Below, one piece after another: positions 63,615 through 64,000 of a stretch of 64,000 nt of DNA; within the stretch, counting starts at the first letter, position 1; every line of letters starts with the position of its first letter. Source of the DNA: Fibrobacteria bacterium (GTDB lineage Bacteria > Fibrobacterota > Fibrobacteria > UBA11236 > JADFYW01); NCBI GenBank assembly GCA_015232855.1, contig JADFYW010000009.1, positions 4,882 through 68,881 on the forward strand. Direction: 5' to 3'. The position numbers were made by a program, and so were the translations under genes. Below the pieces are notes generated by a model, which was not told where the DNA came from, ran no database searches, and saw nothing but the letters and a program-made list of their open reading frames with translations.

Positions 63615-64000
63615 TTGCGTCTAGCTTATTTCATATCTGGTCATGGTTTTGGACATGGTGTGAGAAGCTGTGCAATAATCAACCATATTCCCTCTTCAAT
63701 TGACATCATTATAATTTCTTCATTGCCGGAAGCCTTCTTCCGGGAAGAGTTATGTCGTCCTTTCTCTTTGATACCGGGAAAACTGGATTGTGGATGTCTT
63801 CAAACTGATTCGGAAAATACTGATATCAAAGGGACTCTGTCTCAATACTCCAAATTGCATGATAACCGTGAGGTTTTATGCAGTCGTTTTACACATATTC
63901 TTGAGAAGAAAGCCGTTAATCTTGTATTTTCAGATATTGTGCCCATGGCATTTCCTATTGCCAGGCGGCTTGGGGTATCTGCTTACGGAGTAGCAAATTT
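63615..64000 (+). CDS. Glycosyltransferase (GT1/GT28-like, MJ1255-type), 5' part only; runs off the window
   Basis: This ORF is not in the ORF track because it has no stop inside the window. I translated it by hand from the TTG at 63615: MRLAYFISGHGFGHGVRSCAIINHIP...NLVFSDIVPMAFPIARRLGVSAYGVANF. The GHGFGH and SD..P motifs are typical of this family. Confidence 0.5.
   Translation, partial: MRLAYFISGHGFGHGVRSCAIINHIPSSIDIIIISSLPEAFFREELCRPFSLIPGKLDCGCLQTDSENTDIKGTLSQYSKLHDNREVLCSRFTHILEKKAVNLVFSDIVPMAFPIARRLGVSAYGVAN

Noticed and set aside
1-64000. Search by eye for CRISPR arrays, rRNA, transposases/integrases, prophage modules, toxin-antitoxin pairs, restriction-modification or other recognisable defence genes, and biosynthetic gene clusters
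   Set aside because: I found none. The only repeats are the short palindromic intergenic elements, and the only phage-related fold is the TssF/TssG pair. I did not compute compositional (GC/codon) anomalies, so I make no horizontal-transfer claim.

Overview
This is a 64-kb, gene-dense (about 60 CDS), AT-rich chromosomal segment from a diderm bacterium. It has many lipoproteins, several C-termini that look like T9SS sorting domains, and a TIGR02147-type gene. These point to an FCB-superphylum organism (Fibrobacterota / Marinimicrobia / Ignavibacteria-like), but this cannot be resolved from the window alone. Contents in order: (i) 0.2-7.7 kb holds a plus-strand cluster of secreted proteins: an FGE-sulfatase-domain lipoprotein, two tandem paralogous glucose/sorbosone-dehydrogenase-like beta-propellers, and a protein with two CxxCH motifs. 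(ii) Next come surface and lipoprotein genes, including a transglutaminase-like pair. (iii) An isolated, translationally coupled tssF-tssG (T6SS baseplate wedge) pair has no other T6SS gene in the window; this is the most unusual item. (iv) Then a GT2 glycosyltransferase, an LptD-like protein and a lone FliN/SpoA-domain gene. (v) HDOD, GAF-PAS histidine kinase and membrane PilZ signalling genes sit next to a tight pilMNOPQ operon, whose PilP-like member carries a charged ER/K helix of about 130 aa. (vi) Housekeeping genes: aspS, phoH, tRNA-Val, tRNA-Asp, comEC, nnr-nadK-recN, a long CDP-alcohol phosphatidyltransferase, Omp85, RNase P RNA, hemC-hemD-hemL, ybaB and dnaX. dnaX is split into three ORFs at a C10 and an A11 homopolymer, and the A11 lies exactly at the expected gamma/tau boundary. 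A family of GTCATTCC...GGAATC-type palindromic intergenic elements occurs at least six times. I saw no rRNA, CRISPR array, transposase, integrase, prophage or recognisable defence genes. All family assignments come from motif recognition by eye; no searches or computations were run.
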